From an uncultured Lachnospiraceae bacterium (lineage in GTDB: Bacteria > Bacillota > Clostridia > Lachnospirales > Lachnospiraceae), in NCBI GenBank assembly GCA_964643255.1, contig CAZXSM010000005.1:1-50231 (forward strand): a DNA stretch of 50,231 bases, read 5' to 3'. Positions 28,944 to 38,269 of the stretch are shown in pieces. How positions within the stretch are numbered: the stretch's first letter is position 1; each line of letters opens with the position of its first letter. The notes beneath the pieces are model-generated. The model was not told where the DNA came from. It ran no database searches and saw only the letters and a program-made list of their open reading frames with translations. Position numbers and translations under genes: made by a program.

Positions 28944-31181
28944 ATGATGAAAGAAATTAATAAAAAAGAATGGTATGATTTTGAACCAGGAAGTTGGGTT
29001 AATGAAATAGATGTAAGGAGTTTTATTCAGCACAACTATACACCATATGAAGGTGATGAATCCTTTTTAGAAGGACCTACAGAAAGAACTAAAAGTCTTT
29101 GGGAAGATGTACTAGAGTTAATGGATGAAGAAAATAAAAAGGGAATTGTAGATGCTGAAACTAAAAAACCATCAACAATTACCGCTTTTGATCCTGGATA
29201 TTTAGATAAAGAAAAAGAAGTAATTGTTGGTTTTCAAACTGATAAACCTTTAAAAAGAGCTATTATGCCAAATGGTGGTATCCGTGTAGTTAGAAAAGCT
29301 TTAGATTCATATGGATATGAATTAGATAAAACAGTAGAAGAAATATATAAGAACAGAAAAACACATAATGATGGTGTATTTGATGCTTATACAAGTGATA
29401 TGCGTAAAGCAAGACATTCTGGTATAATTACTGGTCTTCCTGATGCCTATGGTAGAGGTCGTATTATTGGTGATTATAGAAGAGTTGCACTTTACGGTCT
29501 TGATATACTAATTAAAGAAAGAGAAGAAGAAAAGAAACTACTAGAAATACCAGTTTTACAAACTCCAGATATTAGATTAAGAGAAGAAATTTCAGAACAA
29601 CTTGAATCCTTAAGAGAACTTAAAGAAATGGCTGCTTCCTATGGATTTGATATATCTAAGCCAGCTACAAATTCTCTTGAAGCAACTCAGTGGGTTTATT
29701 TTGCTTACCTTGCTGCCATTAAAGAACAAGATGGTGCAGCAATGAGTTTAGGTCGCGTAACAACTTTCTTAGATATTTATTATGAAAGAGATTTAAAACA
29801 TGGTTTAATAACAGAAGAAGAAATTCAAGAGATTATGGACCAATTCGTTATGAAGCTAAGAATGGTTAGATTCCTTAGAACACCTGAATATAATGATTTG
29901 TTCTCAGGAGACCCAACATGGGTTACTGAAGCAATTGGTGGTATGGGTCTTGACGGAAGAACACTTGTAACTAAGAGTAGTTTCCGTATACTTCATACAC
30001 TGTATAATTTAGGTCCAGCACCAGAACCAAACTTAACTGTTTTATGGTCTGAGTATTTGCCAGAAGCATTTAAAGAGTATTGTGCAAAGGTTTCAATTGA
30101 TTCAAGTGCTATTCAATATGAAAGCGACGATATAATGAGAAATGTATGGGGCGATGATTACGGTATTGCATGTTGTGTATCTGCTATGAGAATAGGTAAG
30201 CAAATGCAATTCTTTGGTGCGAGAGCAAACCTAGCTAAAGCCCTATTATATGCAATTAATGGTGGTAAAGACGAAATGTCAGGTGACCAAGTAGGACCAA
30301 TGTTTGCTCCTATTACAAGTGAATACCTAGATTATGATGAAGTTATAACAAAGTTTGATCAAGTACTAGATTGGCTTTCTGAACTATATATTAATACCTT
30401 AAATGTAATTCATTATATGCATGACAAGTATAATTACGAAAAACTTCAAATGGCCTTACATGATATTGAAGTATATCGTACAGAAGCTTGTGGTATTGCA
30501 GGCTTATCTGTAGTTGCAGACTCCTTATCAGCTATAAAACATTCTAAAGTTAAAGTAATTAGAAATGAAGAAGGTCTTGCAGTTGATTATGAGGTTGAAG
30601 GAGATTATCCTGCCTTTGGTAATAATGATGAGGAAGTTGATGGTATAGCAGTTGAGGTAGTGGAGAACTTTATGAATAAACTACGTAAACAAAAGACTTA
30701 TAGAAATGCTACACCAACACTTTCTATCCTTACTATTACTTCAAACGTTGTATATGGTAAGAAAACTGGTTCTACACCTGATGGTAGAAAGAAAGGCGAG
30801 CCTTTTGCACCAGGTGCAAACCCAATGCATGGTAGAGATGAAAATGGAGCTGTTGCATCTATGTCATCAGTTGCCAAATTGCCATATCGTCATGCGGAAG
30901 ATGGAATTTCATACACATTTTCAATTGTTCCAAAAGCACTAGGAAAAACAATTGATGAAAGAAGTACTAACTTAGTTGGCTTATTGGATGGATATTTTAA
31001 AGAAGGCGGCCATCATATTAATATAAACGTATTTGACAAAGAAACCTTAATAGATGCAATGGATCATCCAGAGAGATATCCACAACTTACTATAAGGGTT
31101 TCAGGATATGCAGTAAACTTTGTTAAATTAAATCGTGAACAACAACTTGACGTAATTAATAGAACTTTCCACGAAAGATAA
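28944..31181 (+). CDS. pflB: Pyruvate formate-lyase (formate C-acetyltransferase), a glycyl radical enzyme
   Basis: It has the active-site GIACCVSAM and the glycyl radical motif [11 protein letters not shown] near the C-terminus. Confidence 0.96.
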   Translation: MMKEINKKEWYDFEPGSWVNEIDVRSFIQHNYTPYEGDESFLEGPTERTKSLWEDVLELMDEENKKGIVDAETKKPSTITAFDPGYLDKEKEVIVGFQTDKPLKRAIMPNGGIRVVRKALDSYGYELDKTVEEIYKNRKTHNDGVFDAYTSDMRKARHSGIITGLPDAYGRGRIIGDYRRVALYGLDILIKEREEEKKLLEIPVLQTPDIRLREEISEQLESLRELKEMAASYGFDISKPATNSLEATQWVYFAYLAAIKEQDGAAMSLGRVTTFLDIYYERDLKHGLITEEEIQEIMDQFVMKLRMVRFLRTPEYNDLFSGDPTWVTEAIGGMGLDGRTLVTKSSFRILHTLYNLGPAPEPNLTVLWSEYLPEAFKEYCAKVSIDSSAIQYESDDIMRNVWGDDYGIACCVSAMRIGKQMQFFGARANLAKALLYAINGGKDEMSGDQVGPMFAPITSEYLDYDEVITKFDQVLDWLSELYINTLNVIHYMHDKYNYEKLQMALHDIEVYRTEACGIAGLSVVADSLSAIKHSKVKVIRNEEGLAVDYEVEGDYPAFGNNDEEVDGIAVEVVENFMNKLRKQKTYRNATPTLSILTITSNVVYGKKTGSTPDGRKKGEPFAPGANPMHGRDENGAVASMSSVAKLPYRHAEDGISYTFSIVPKALGKTIDERSTNLVGLLDGYFKEGGHHININVFDKETLIDAMDHPERYPQLTIRVSGYAVNFVKLNREQQLDVINRTFHER

Positions 31182-31214
31182 ATATTTTTCTGGAAATAAA
31201 GAGAGGCGATTGCT

Positions 31215-31955
31215 ATGAAAGATAAGGGAAGAATACACTCCTTTGAGACTTTAGGAACAGTAGATGGACCAGGAATCCGTTTTGTAGTATTTATGCAAGG
31301 ATGTCCCTTACGATGCAAGTATTGTCACAATCCAGATACGTGGGATACAACAGGTGGTAAAGAATTTACAGTAGATGAATTATTTAATGAAATAAAGAAA
31401 TACAAAACATTTATGGAATCTTCTGGTGGCGGTGTAACCTTCACTGGAGGAGACCCATTAATACAAGCAGGATTTTTATCACAGGTTGCTAAACTATGTA
31501 AGGAAAATGGAATTTCAGTAGCTCTAGATACTTCTGGAGCTATTATCAATGATAATGTAAAAGAACTATATAAATATACAGATTTAGTATTGCTTGATAT
31601 TAAGAGTTTTGATAAAGATGTTTATCGTGACCTTACTGGAGTAAAACTTGATCCTACTCTAAAAACCTTAGACATGCTAAAAGAGCAGGATATAGATGTT
31701 TGGGTAAGGTATGTAGTAGTACCAGACCTAACTGATGATTTAGAAAGTATTAAAGCCTTGTCAGACTATTTAGATAATTATCCTAATGTAAAAAGGATAG
31801 AACCTTTGGAATTTCACAAGATGGGTGAATATAAATGGGAAGAACTTGGTATTCCATATTCTCTAGGTGATACTAGTGAACCGGAAAAAGAATTAATGAG
31901 AAAAGTAAAAGAAATATTTTCTACTAATGGAAAAAACGTGGTTATTAATTTGTAA
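31215..31955 (+). CDS. pflA: Pyruvate formate-lyase activating enzyme (radical SAM)
   Basis: The motifs are GPGIRFVVFMQGCPLRCKYCHNPD (CxxxCxxC) and GGVTFTGGDP. Confidence 0.95.
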   Translation: MKDKGRIHSFETLGTVDGPGIRFVVFMQGCPLRCKYCHNPDTWDTTGGKEFTVDELFNEIKKYKTFMESSGGGVTFTGGDPLIQAGFLSQVAKLCKENGISVALDTSGAIINDNVKELYKYTDLVLLDIKSFDKDVYRDLTGVKLDPTLKTLDMLKEQDIDVWVRYVVVPDLTDDLESIKALSDYLDNYPNVKRIEPLEFHKMGEYKWEELGIPYSLGDTSEPEKELMRKVKEIFSTNGKNVVINL

Positions 31956-31970
31956 AATAGGAGGAGTAAA

Positions 31971-32477
31971 ATATTTTTAGAACTTTCTAACAAAAGATAT
32001 TCACTCAGAAATTATCAAGATAAAGAAGTGGAAAAAGATAAGCTGGTAAGTATACTAGAAGCAGCAAGGCTTTCACCTACGGCAGTTAATAAACAACCCC
32101 TTAACTATATAGTTGTAACTAAGCCAGAAGAAATACAAAAAGTAATTGCTTCTTATCCAAGGAAATGGATACAAAATGTCCCAGCAATAATTATTGTTTG
32201 CTTAGACCGTTCGAAATCATGGAAAAGAGATGATGGAAAAGACCATGGAGATATTGATTGTGGTATAGCTATAGCAAATATGACTTTAGCAGCAACAGAT
32301 CTAGGGCTAGGTACATGTATAGTTTGTGATTTTGATAGTAAAAAAATTGAAGAAGATTTTGACTTACCATCACACATGGAAGCAATGGCATTATTACCTG
32401 TTGGTTATCCTGTTAGGGAAGATTTTCCTAAAAAGAAAAGAGATAGCATTGAAGAAATAGCTAGCTGGATAGAATAA
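31971..32477 (+). CDS. Nitroreductase family protein, probably initiating at a non-canonical ATA codon
   Basis: The frame is open from the pflA stop. Upstream of the track's GTG (32028) it reads IFLELSNKRYSLRNYQDKEV, which matches the conserved nitroreductase N-terminus (M.FLEL...RRS.R.F). AGGAGGAG (31959-31966) lies just upstream of ATA 31971, and there is no in-frame ATG, GTG or TTG there. Confidence 0.7.
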   Translation: MFLELSNKRYSLRNYQDKEVEKDKLVSILEAARLSPTAVNKQPLNYIVVTKPEEIQKVIASYPRKWIQNVPAIIIVCLDRSKSWKRDDGKDHGDIDCGIAIANMTLAATDLGLGTCIVCDFDSKKIEEDFDLPSHMEAMALLPVGYPVREDFPKKKRDSIEEIASWIE

Positions 32478-32505
32478 ATATTTACAAATTAATTATTATA
32501 ATTAT

Positions 32506-32560
32506 AAAACTGTTATACGATTATAGACTAGATAAGGCCTATAATTGTATAGCAGTTTTT
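32506..32560. terminator. Bidirectional intrinsic terminator after the nitroreductase gene
   Basis: AAAACTGTTATACGATTATAG pairs with CTATAATTGTATAGCAGTTTT, a stem of about 21 bp that includes G-U pairs, followed by a T-run. Confidence 0.75.
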
Positions 32561-32572
32561 CAAAGAAAAAAA

Positions 32573-32602
32573 ACTTATCCGAATGTTTTGGATAAGTTTT
32601 TA
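32573..32602. terminator. Second hairpin/terminator immediately downstream
   Basis: ACTTATCC (32573-32580) pairs with GGATAAGT (32590-32597). It is preceded by A8 and followed by T5. Confidence 0.6.
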
Positions 32603-32679
32603 TGTATTTGTATTATTATTCTACATAATTGTAATAAGAATATAACAAGATTATCCTATATAAGCTAAGGAGATTAGTA

Positions 32680-33267
32680 ATGAGTTCATTAACTTTTATA
32701 GAACTGTTCCTCATATCTATTGGAGTATCAATGGATGCTTTTGCAGTAGCAATATGTAAAGGATTAAGTTTTAAAGAAAGCAGCAAGAAGAAAGCTTTGA
32801 TTATAGCAGCATATTTTGGGGTGTTTCAAGCCTTAATGCCTTTAACTGGGTATTTATTAGGAGTTAGATTTCAAGATAGCATAAGTAGTATAGACCATTG
32901 GATTGCATTTGTATTACTAGGTGCTATAGGAATTAATATGATAAAAGAAGCAAGGGAAGATGATGGTTCTACCTGTCCTTCTAATGGTGACGATTCTCTT
33001 AAATTTCGGGAAATGATTGTTCTAGCCCTAGCAACAAGTATAGATGCCTTAGCAGTAGGTGTTACATTTGCATTTTTAAAGGTTGATATAATACCCTCTA
33101 TAACACTTATGGGAATAACAACATTTGTTTTTTCCTTTTTTGGAGTTAAAATAGGAAGTGTTTTTGGAATCAAGTTTAAATCAAAGGCTGAATATTTTGG
33201 TGGTGTAGTGCTGATTTTCATGGCCTTTAAAATATTATTTGACCACTTAGGTATCATTAGTTTTTGA
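32680..33267 (+). CDS. mntP: Manganese efflux pump MntP (DUF204 family)
   Basis: It is a six-TM protein with a duplicated DAxAV motif (SMDAFAVAI and SIDALAVGV). The start is preceded by the RBS AAGGAG. Confidence 0.88.
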   Translation: MSSLTFIELFLISIGVSMDAFAVAICKGLSFKESSKKKALIIAAYFGVFQALMPLTGYLLGVRFQDSISSIDHWIAFVLLGAIGINMIKEAREDDGSTCPSNGDDSLKFREMIVLALATSIDALAVGVTFAFLKVDIIPSITLMGITTFVFSFFGVKIGSVFGIKFKSKAEYFGGVVLIFMAFKILFDHLGIISF

Positions 33268-33271
33268 ATAA

Positions 33272-33300
33272 TTGACAAATAATTGAATTGTTAATATAAT
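33272..33300 (+). promoter_or_regulatory. Consensus sigma-A promoter upstream of alaS
   Basis: TTGACA (33272-33277), a 17-nt spacer and TATAAT (33295-33300), both exact consensus hexamers. Confidence 0.6.
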
Positions 33301-33454
33301 TATTTATTAGTATATAATTTATATCTAAATAATTTTATTATGAACATATTAATAATTTTGTTTAAAGTTAAATATATATAAAGCTTATTTTACTAAGAGT
33401 TGAATATAAAATTATGAAAATATAAACCCTAATAAATAGGTAGGAGGAAATTAC

Positions 33455-36100
33455 GTGAAAGCATATGGAATGAACGAATTAAGAAGCATGTTTTTAGACT
33501 TCTTTGAAAGTAAAGACCATCTTATATTAGATAGTTTTTCATTAGTGCCTGAGAATGATAAAAGTTTATTATTAGTTAATGCAGGTATGGCCCCACTTAA
33601 ACCATATTTTACAGGTCAAGAAATTCCACCCAAAAATAGAATAGCAACATGTCAAAAATGTATAAGAACTGGAGATATTGAAAACGTAGGTAAAACTGAC
33701 AGACATGGTACATTTTTCGAAATGTTAGGAAACTTTTCTTTTGGAGACTATTTTAAAAAAGAATCTTTAGAATGGTCATGGGAGTTTCTAACTGAAGTTA
33801 TTGGTCTGGAACCAGAGAGATTATACGCTTCTGTTTATGAAGAAGACGATGAGGCATATGAGATTTGGGAAAAAGATATTGGACTAGCTAAAGAGAAAAT
33901 ATTTAGATTTGGAAAAGAAGATAATTTCTGGGAACATGGAGCAGGTCCATGTGGTCCTTGTTCAGAGATATTTTATGATCGTGGAGAGAAATATGGTTGT
34001 GGTCAAGATGACTGTACAGTAGGCTGTGAATGCGACAGATACATTGAAGTGTGGAATAATGTATTTACACAGTTTAACAGTGATGGTAAGGGCAATTATG
34101 AAGAATTAGAGAATAAAAACATTGATACAGGTATGGGACTTGAAAGGTTAGCTACAATTGTACAAGATGTAGGTTCAATATTTGATGTTGATGCAGTTAA
34201 AGCAATAAGAGATAAAGTGTGTGAGATAGCTGGTGTAGAATATGGACAGGATCCTGATATGGACGTTTCTATACGTGTTATAACTGACCATGTAAGGTCT
34301 GTAACTTTTATGACTGGTGATGGAATAATACCTTCTAACGAGGGAAGAGGCTATGTTTTAAGAAGACTACTTCGTAGGGCATCAAGACATGGACGTTTGC
34401 TAGGTATAGAAGGCAAGTTCCTTACTAAAGTTAGTAAGTTAGTAATTGAAGAATCTAGGAATGGATATCCGGAATTAGAAGAACGTAGTGAATATATATT
34501 AAAATTAATAAGTGTTGAGGAAGATAACTTTAATAAAACCCTTGACCAAGGTTTAAATATACTGGAAGACCTAAAAGAAAAGTTAGAATCCCAAGGAAAC
34601 AATGTTCTTTCTGGTAAAGATGCATTTAAATTATATGATACTTACGGTTTCCCTATGGACTTAACAAAAGAGATACTTGAAGAAAATGGTATGTCTGTTG
34701 ATGAAGAAGGCTTTAAAGAAGCTATGGAAGTTCAAAGGCAAACAGCAAGAAATGCTCGTGAAGAAACAAATTATATGGGAGCGGAAGAGACAGTATACAA
34801 TAAATTAGATCCTGAACTTCTCACAGAATTTATTGGTTATACATGCAACAGTGGGACCTCTACTGTTATTGCATTAACAACAGAGGATGAAGTTGTAGAA
34901 GAATTACAAGAAGGACAAAAGGGTACAGTAATAGTTGAAGAGACGCCTTTTTACGCTACAAGTGGTGGACAAGTTGCTGACAGAGGAACTATCACAAGAG
35001 ATGATAGTGTATTTGTTGTAGATGATACAATAGAACTTTCAGGTGGAAAAATTGGCCATGTAGGTTTTGTCAAAACAGGTAACTTTAGTGTCCATGAAGA
35101 AGTGCTCCTTACAATAAATGAAGAACAAAGAAAAGATACTGCTAGAAATCATAGTGCAACTCACTTGCTACAAAAGGCACTAAGAACTGTATTAGGCAAT
35201 CATGTAGAACAAGCAGGTTCTTATGTTGATAATAAAAGGTTGCGTTTTGACTTCACCCATTTTGAAGCATTAACAAAGAAAGAGATAGAGCAAGTAGAAG
35301 ATATAGTTAATGATAAGATAAATACTGCACTTCCTGTTAATACTAAGGTTATGTCCTTTGAAGAATCTAAAAAAGCAGGTGCAATGTCACTATTTGGAGA
35401 AAAATATGATGATGATGTTAGGGTGGTTTCTATGGGTAACTTTAGTAAAGAACTTTGTGGTGGAACCCATGTTAATAACACCTCTAATATTCTAGTATTT
35501 AAAATAATATCTGAAACAAGTGTGGCAGCAGGTGTTAGAAGAATTGAAGCTATTACAGGTAGAAATGTTATTAAGTATTATCAAGAAATGGAAAACTTAC
35601 TTATAGAAGCTTCAAGAGCATTAAAAGCTGAACCAAAAGATTTAGTAAATAGAATTGAACATTTACATGAAGATTTAAAGAACCTTAACAATGAAAACGA
35701 AAAATTAAAGAGTAACATTGCTAAGGAATCTGTAGGTGATATATCTGATCATGTTACTGATGTAAAGGGAGTTAAATTAATTGCCTCAAAGGTAGCAGGT
35801 ATAGATATGAATGGGCTTCGTAATTTAGGTGACCAACTTAAAGACAAGTTAGGTGAAGGTGTAATAGTACTAATTTCAAGTCCAGATAATGAAAAAGTTA
35901 ATATCCTTGTTATGGTTACAGATTCTATAGTTAATAAAGGTATAAATGCAGGTAATTTAATAAAAGAATTGGCACCAATAGTTGGCGGTGGCGGTGGTGG
36001 TAGACCACAAATGGCTCAAGCAGGTGGAAAGAAACCTGAAAATATGGATGAAGTTGTAAGCCAAGCTCCAATTATTCTAGAAAAGTTTATAAATAGTTAA
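33455..36100 (+). CDS. alaS: Alanine--tRNA ligase
   Basis: The GTG start lies about 8 nt after AGGAGG. The motifs are NELRSMFLDFF, HGTFFEMLGNFSFGDYFK, the editing-domain HSATHLL/CGGTH, and the C-terminal GGGGGRP. Confidence 0.97.
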   Translation: MKAYGMNELRSMFLDFFESKDHLILDSFSLVPENDKSLLLVNAGMAPLKPYFTGQEIPPKNRIATCQKCIRTGDIENVGKTDRHGTFFEMLGNFSFGDYFKKESLEWSWEFLTEVIGLEPERLYASVYEEDDEAYEIWEKDIGLAKEKIFRFGKEDNFWEHGAGPCGPCSEIFYDRGEKYGCGQDDCTVGCECDRYIEVWNNVFTQFNSDGKGNYEELENKNIDTGMGLERLATIVQDVGSIFDVDAVKAIRDKVCEIAGVEYGQDPDMDVSIRVITDHVRSVTFMTGDGIIPSNEGRGYVLRRLLRRASRHGRLLGIEGKFLTKVSKLVIEESRNGYPELEERSEYILKLISVEEDNFNKTLDQGLNILEDLKEKLESQGNNVLSGKDAFKLYDTYGFPMDLTKEILEENGMSVDEEGFKEAMEVQRQTARNAREETNYMGAEETVYNKLDPELLTEFIGYTCNSGTSTVIALTTEDEVVEELQEGQKGTVIVEETPFYATSGGQVADRGTITRDDSVFVVDDTIELSGGKIGHVGFVKTGNFSVHEEVLLTINEEQRKDTARNHSATHLLQKALRTVLGNHVEQAGSYVDNKRLRFDFTHFEALTKKEIEQVEDIVNDKINTALPVNTKVMSFEESKKAGAMSLFGEKYDDDVRVVSMGNFSKELCGGTHVNNTSNILVFKIISETSVAAGVRRIEAITGRNVIKYYQEMENLLIEASRALKAEPKDLVNRIEHLHEDLKNLNNENEKLKSNIAKESVGDISDHVTDVKGVKLIASKVAGIDMNGLRNLGDQLKDKLGEGVIVLISSPDNEKVNILVMVTDSIVNKGINAGNLIKELAPIVGGGGGGRPQMAQAGGKKPENMDEVVSQAPIILEKFINS

Positions 36101-36120
36101 ATACTTCTAGGCAATAATAG

Positions 36121-36148
36121 TTGACGAATAAGCATTATATGTTATAAT
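36121..36148 (+). promoter_or_regulatory. Candidate sigma-A promoter of rpsU
   Basis: TTGACG (36121-36126), a 16-nt spacer and an extended -10 element, TGtTATAAT (36140-36148). Confidence 0.5.
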
Positions 36149-36228
36149 TCTTATAGTGCTATAAATTATTAAACCCAAACAGTTGTATAAGCACAATACA
36201 CAACTGGAGGGAGGTTAGGTGTGAGTAT

Positions 36229-36402
36229 ATGTCAAATGTTACAGTTAAAGATAACGAATCACTAGACAGCGCTCTACGTCGTTTTAAAAGAAACTGCGCT
36301 AAAGCAGGTATTCAACAAGAGATTCGTAAAAGAGAACATTATGAAAAACCAAGCGTAAGACGTAAGAAAAAGTCTGAAGCGGCACGCAAACGTAAAAAAT
36401 AA
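36229..36402 (+). CDS. rpsU: 30S ribosomal protein S21 (57 aa, below the ORF-track length cutoff)
   Basis: My hand translation is [57 protein letters not shown], a typical S21 sequence. Confidence 0.92.
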   Translation: MSNVTVKDNESLDSALRRFKRNCAKAGIQQEIRKREHYEKPSVRRKKKSEAARKRKK

Positions 36403-36434
36403 TTACCAACTACTATATGATTAAATCATATGAC

Positions 36435-36468
36435 AAAACTCTTGAGCTTTGCTCAAGAGTTTTTATTT
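36435..36468 (+). terminator. Intrinsic terminator after rpsU
   Basis: AAAACTCTTGAGC (36435-36447) pairs with GCTCAAGAGTTTT (36451-36463) and is followed by a T-run. Confidence 0.85.
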
Positions 36469-36601
36469 TGCCTTTACTAATATATAATTACTCATATTGA
36501 TAAAACACTTAGTATATGGTAACCTAAAAATAGTAAAAAATATTATATAATTAAGAGACACTATAAGACAAATATAAAAATATTGCTTTGAGGTGAAAAT
36601 T

Positions 36602-37684
36602 ATGAAGATGACATTTCGTTGGTATGGTGAAGGTAATGATAGTGTACCATTAAGGTACATCAAACAAATACCTAATTGTTCAGGAATTATGGGGGTTTTA
36701 GACCAATATGCAGCAGGTGAAATATGGCCCCTTGAAGTAATACAAGAATATGTAGATCATGTTAATAGTTTTGGACTAGAAGTAGAAGTAATAGAAAGTG
36801 TTAATGTACATGAAGATATAAAGCTTGGATTACCTACAAGAGACAAGTATATTGAAAATTATAATCAAACTATTAGAAATCTAGCAAAATGCGGGATTAA
36901 GGTTATAATTTATAATTTTATGCCTGTTTTTGATTGGTTGAGGACTGACTTACATAGAGAGATACCAGAAGATGGTTCAACGTCACTATATTATGACCAA
37001 AAGGAACTTGAGGGGATGACACCTCAGAAATTAGTAGAAAGAACAGCTGAATCAGCAGGTGGTTTTACACTTCCAGGCTGGGAAGCAGATAGGTTAGCTG
37101 AATTAGACAGTGTTTTAAAACAATATGAAGAGATTGATGAGGAAAAACTTCTAGAAAACTATAAGTATTTCTTAGAAGGAATTATTCCTACTTGTGAAGA
37201 AGTTGGAGTTAGAATGGCAGTTCATCCTGATGATCCTGCTTGGCCAGTATTTGGTATTCCAAGAATTGCCCACTCCAAAGAACATTTTGACAAGATAATT
37301 AGCCTAGTTGATAGTCATGCTAATAGCCTTTGCTTATGTTCGGGCTCCCTTGGTTCTTCTCCAGACAATGACATACCAAGTATTATCCGCCATTTTGGAG
37401 AAAAAGATCGTATTGCTTGCTGTCATGTTAGAAACGTCAAATATCTTGGAGATAAGAAATTCCGTGAGGCATCACACCTGTCAGCCGATGGTGATCTAGA
37501 TATGTTTGAAATTATGAGGGCAATTTATGATACTTGTCCAGAAGTATATATTCGTCCTGACCATGGCCGTATGATATGGGATGAAGAAGCAAGAGCAGGA
37601 TATGGTTTGTATGATAGGGCTCTTGGTATTGCTTATTTGAATGGAATTTGGGAATCTTTAAACAAGATGGACAAAATGAAATAA
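36602..37684 (+). CDS. uxuA: Mannonate dehydratase
   Basis: The motifs are [40 protein letters not shown] and RPDHG. ATG 36602 follows GAGGTGA. Confidence 0.9.
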   Translation: MKMTFRWYGEGNDSVPLRYIKQIPNCSGIMGVLDQYAAGEIWPLEVIQEYVDHVNSFGLEVEVIESVNVHEDIKLGLPTRDKYIENYNQTIRNLAKCGIKVIIYNFMPVFDWLRTDLHREIPEDGSTSLYYDQKELEGMTPQKLVERTAESAGGFTLPGWEADRLAELDSVLKQYEEIDEEKLLENYKYFLEGIIPTCEEVGVRMAVHPDDPAWPVFGIPRIAHSKEHFDKIISLVDSHANSLCLCSGSLGSSPDNDIPSIIRHFGEKDRIACCHVRNVKYLGDKKFREASHLSADGDLDMFEIMRAIYDTCPEVYIRPDHGRMIWDEEARAGYGLYDRALGIAYLNGIWESLNKMDKMK

Positions 37685-37717
37685 TTATGTAAGCTGCAAT
37701 AAAATACAGGTAAGAAA

Positions 37718-37786
37718 AGAAAATGTTCCACAGTCTTGTGATATCAAAATATATCACCATTACTATGGAACATTTTCTATGTTTTA
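37718..37786 (+). terminator. Intrinsic terminator after uxuA
   Basis: AGAAAATGTTCCA (37718-37730) pairs with TGGAACATTTTCT (37766-37778). An inner hairpin pairs GTGATAT with ATATCAC, and the T-rich tail is ATGTTTT. Confidence 0.7.
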
Positions 37787-37861
37787 AACTTGATATAAAA
37801 TCACCTCTTCATGTATAGGACAGGATTTTAAACCATATATTTTATATAGTAAGAAACTTTA

Positions 37862-38251
37862 ATGTGGGGTGCATATGTGAGGGATAAGTTCAAATCTAAT
37901 CATGAGAAAAACAAAAATAAATCTTTTGGCCCATTTTATAAAAAAATAGGTAAGAAAAGAAAGGAAGAAGATAAGGAAAGGGAATCATATTTAAATATGT
38001 TATCTAGTACCCTTAATCTACCTTCTGATATACTGACGGGAGCACCTATCATTACTATTATTGGGAAAAATGAAATAAGTATTGAAAATTATAAGAGAAT
38101 CATTGAATATACATCTACTAATATTAAAATATTAACTAGTGTGGGCAATGTCTTAATACAAGGTAAGAATCTAACCGTTTCATATTTTGCCAATGAAGAA
38201 ATGAAAATTTCCGGAAGATTAAATTCAATTAAATATGGTAAAGATGAGTAA
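37862..38251 (+). CDS. yqfC: Sporulation protein YqfC with a basic N-terminal extension
   Basis: The core is LPSDILTGAPIITIIGKNEISIENYKRIIEYTSTNIKI...GKNLTVSYF...EMKISG, which matches the YqfC family. It lies directly upstream of yqfD. An alternative GTG start is at 37877. Confidence 0.8.
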   Translation: MWGAYVRDKFKSNHEKNKNKSFGPFYKKIGKKRKEEDKERESYLNMLSSTLNLPSDILTGAPIITIIGKNEISIENYKRIIEYTSTNIKILTSVGNVLIQGKNLTVSYFANEEMKISGRLNSIKYGKDE

Positions 38252-38269
38252 TAATATAGGGGGACCAAG

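Noticed and set aside
28785-29033. A minus-strand 82-aa ORF in the pflB upstream region.
   Set aside because: It is an AT-rich shadow ORF that overlaps the pflB start and promoter region. It has no RBS and no recognisable family.
32603-32679. A yybP-ykoY manganese riboswitch upstream of mntP.
   Set aside because: There is no GGGGAGTAG or TTGACA..GAGAGACC-like conserved element, and the region is almost pure A/T.
33301-33454. A T-box leader or a 13-codon uORF (MNILIILFKVKYI, ATG at about 33341) upstream of alaS.
   Set aside because: No T-box or specifier features are present. The mini-ORF has no RBS and is not Ala-rich, so there is no support for leader-peptide attenuation.
36463-36663. A minus-strand 66-aa ORF between rpsU and uxuA.
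   Set aside because: It overlaps the uxuA start and promoter and has low-complexity AT-driven codons with no RBS.
37787-37861. A sigma-E/sigma-K type sporulation promoter upstream of yqfC (CATGTATA and AC...CATATATTTTA-like strings).
   Set aside because: The matches to the consensus are partial and the spacing is ambiguous, so they are not strong enough to report as a feature.
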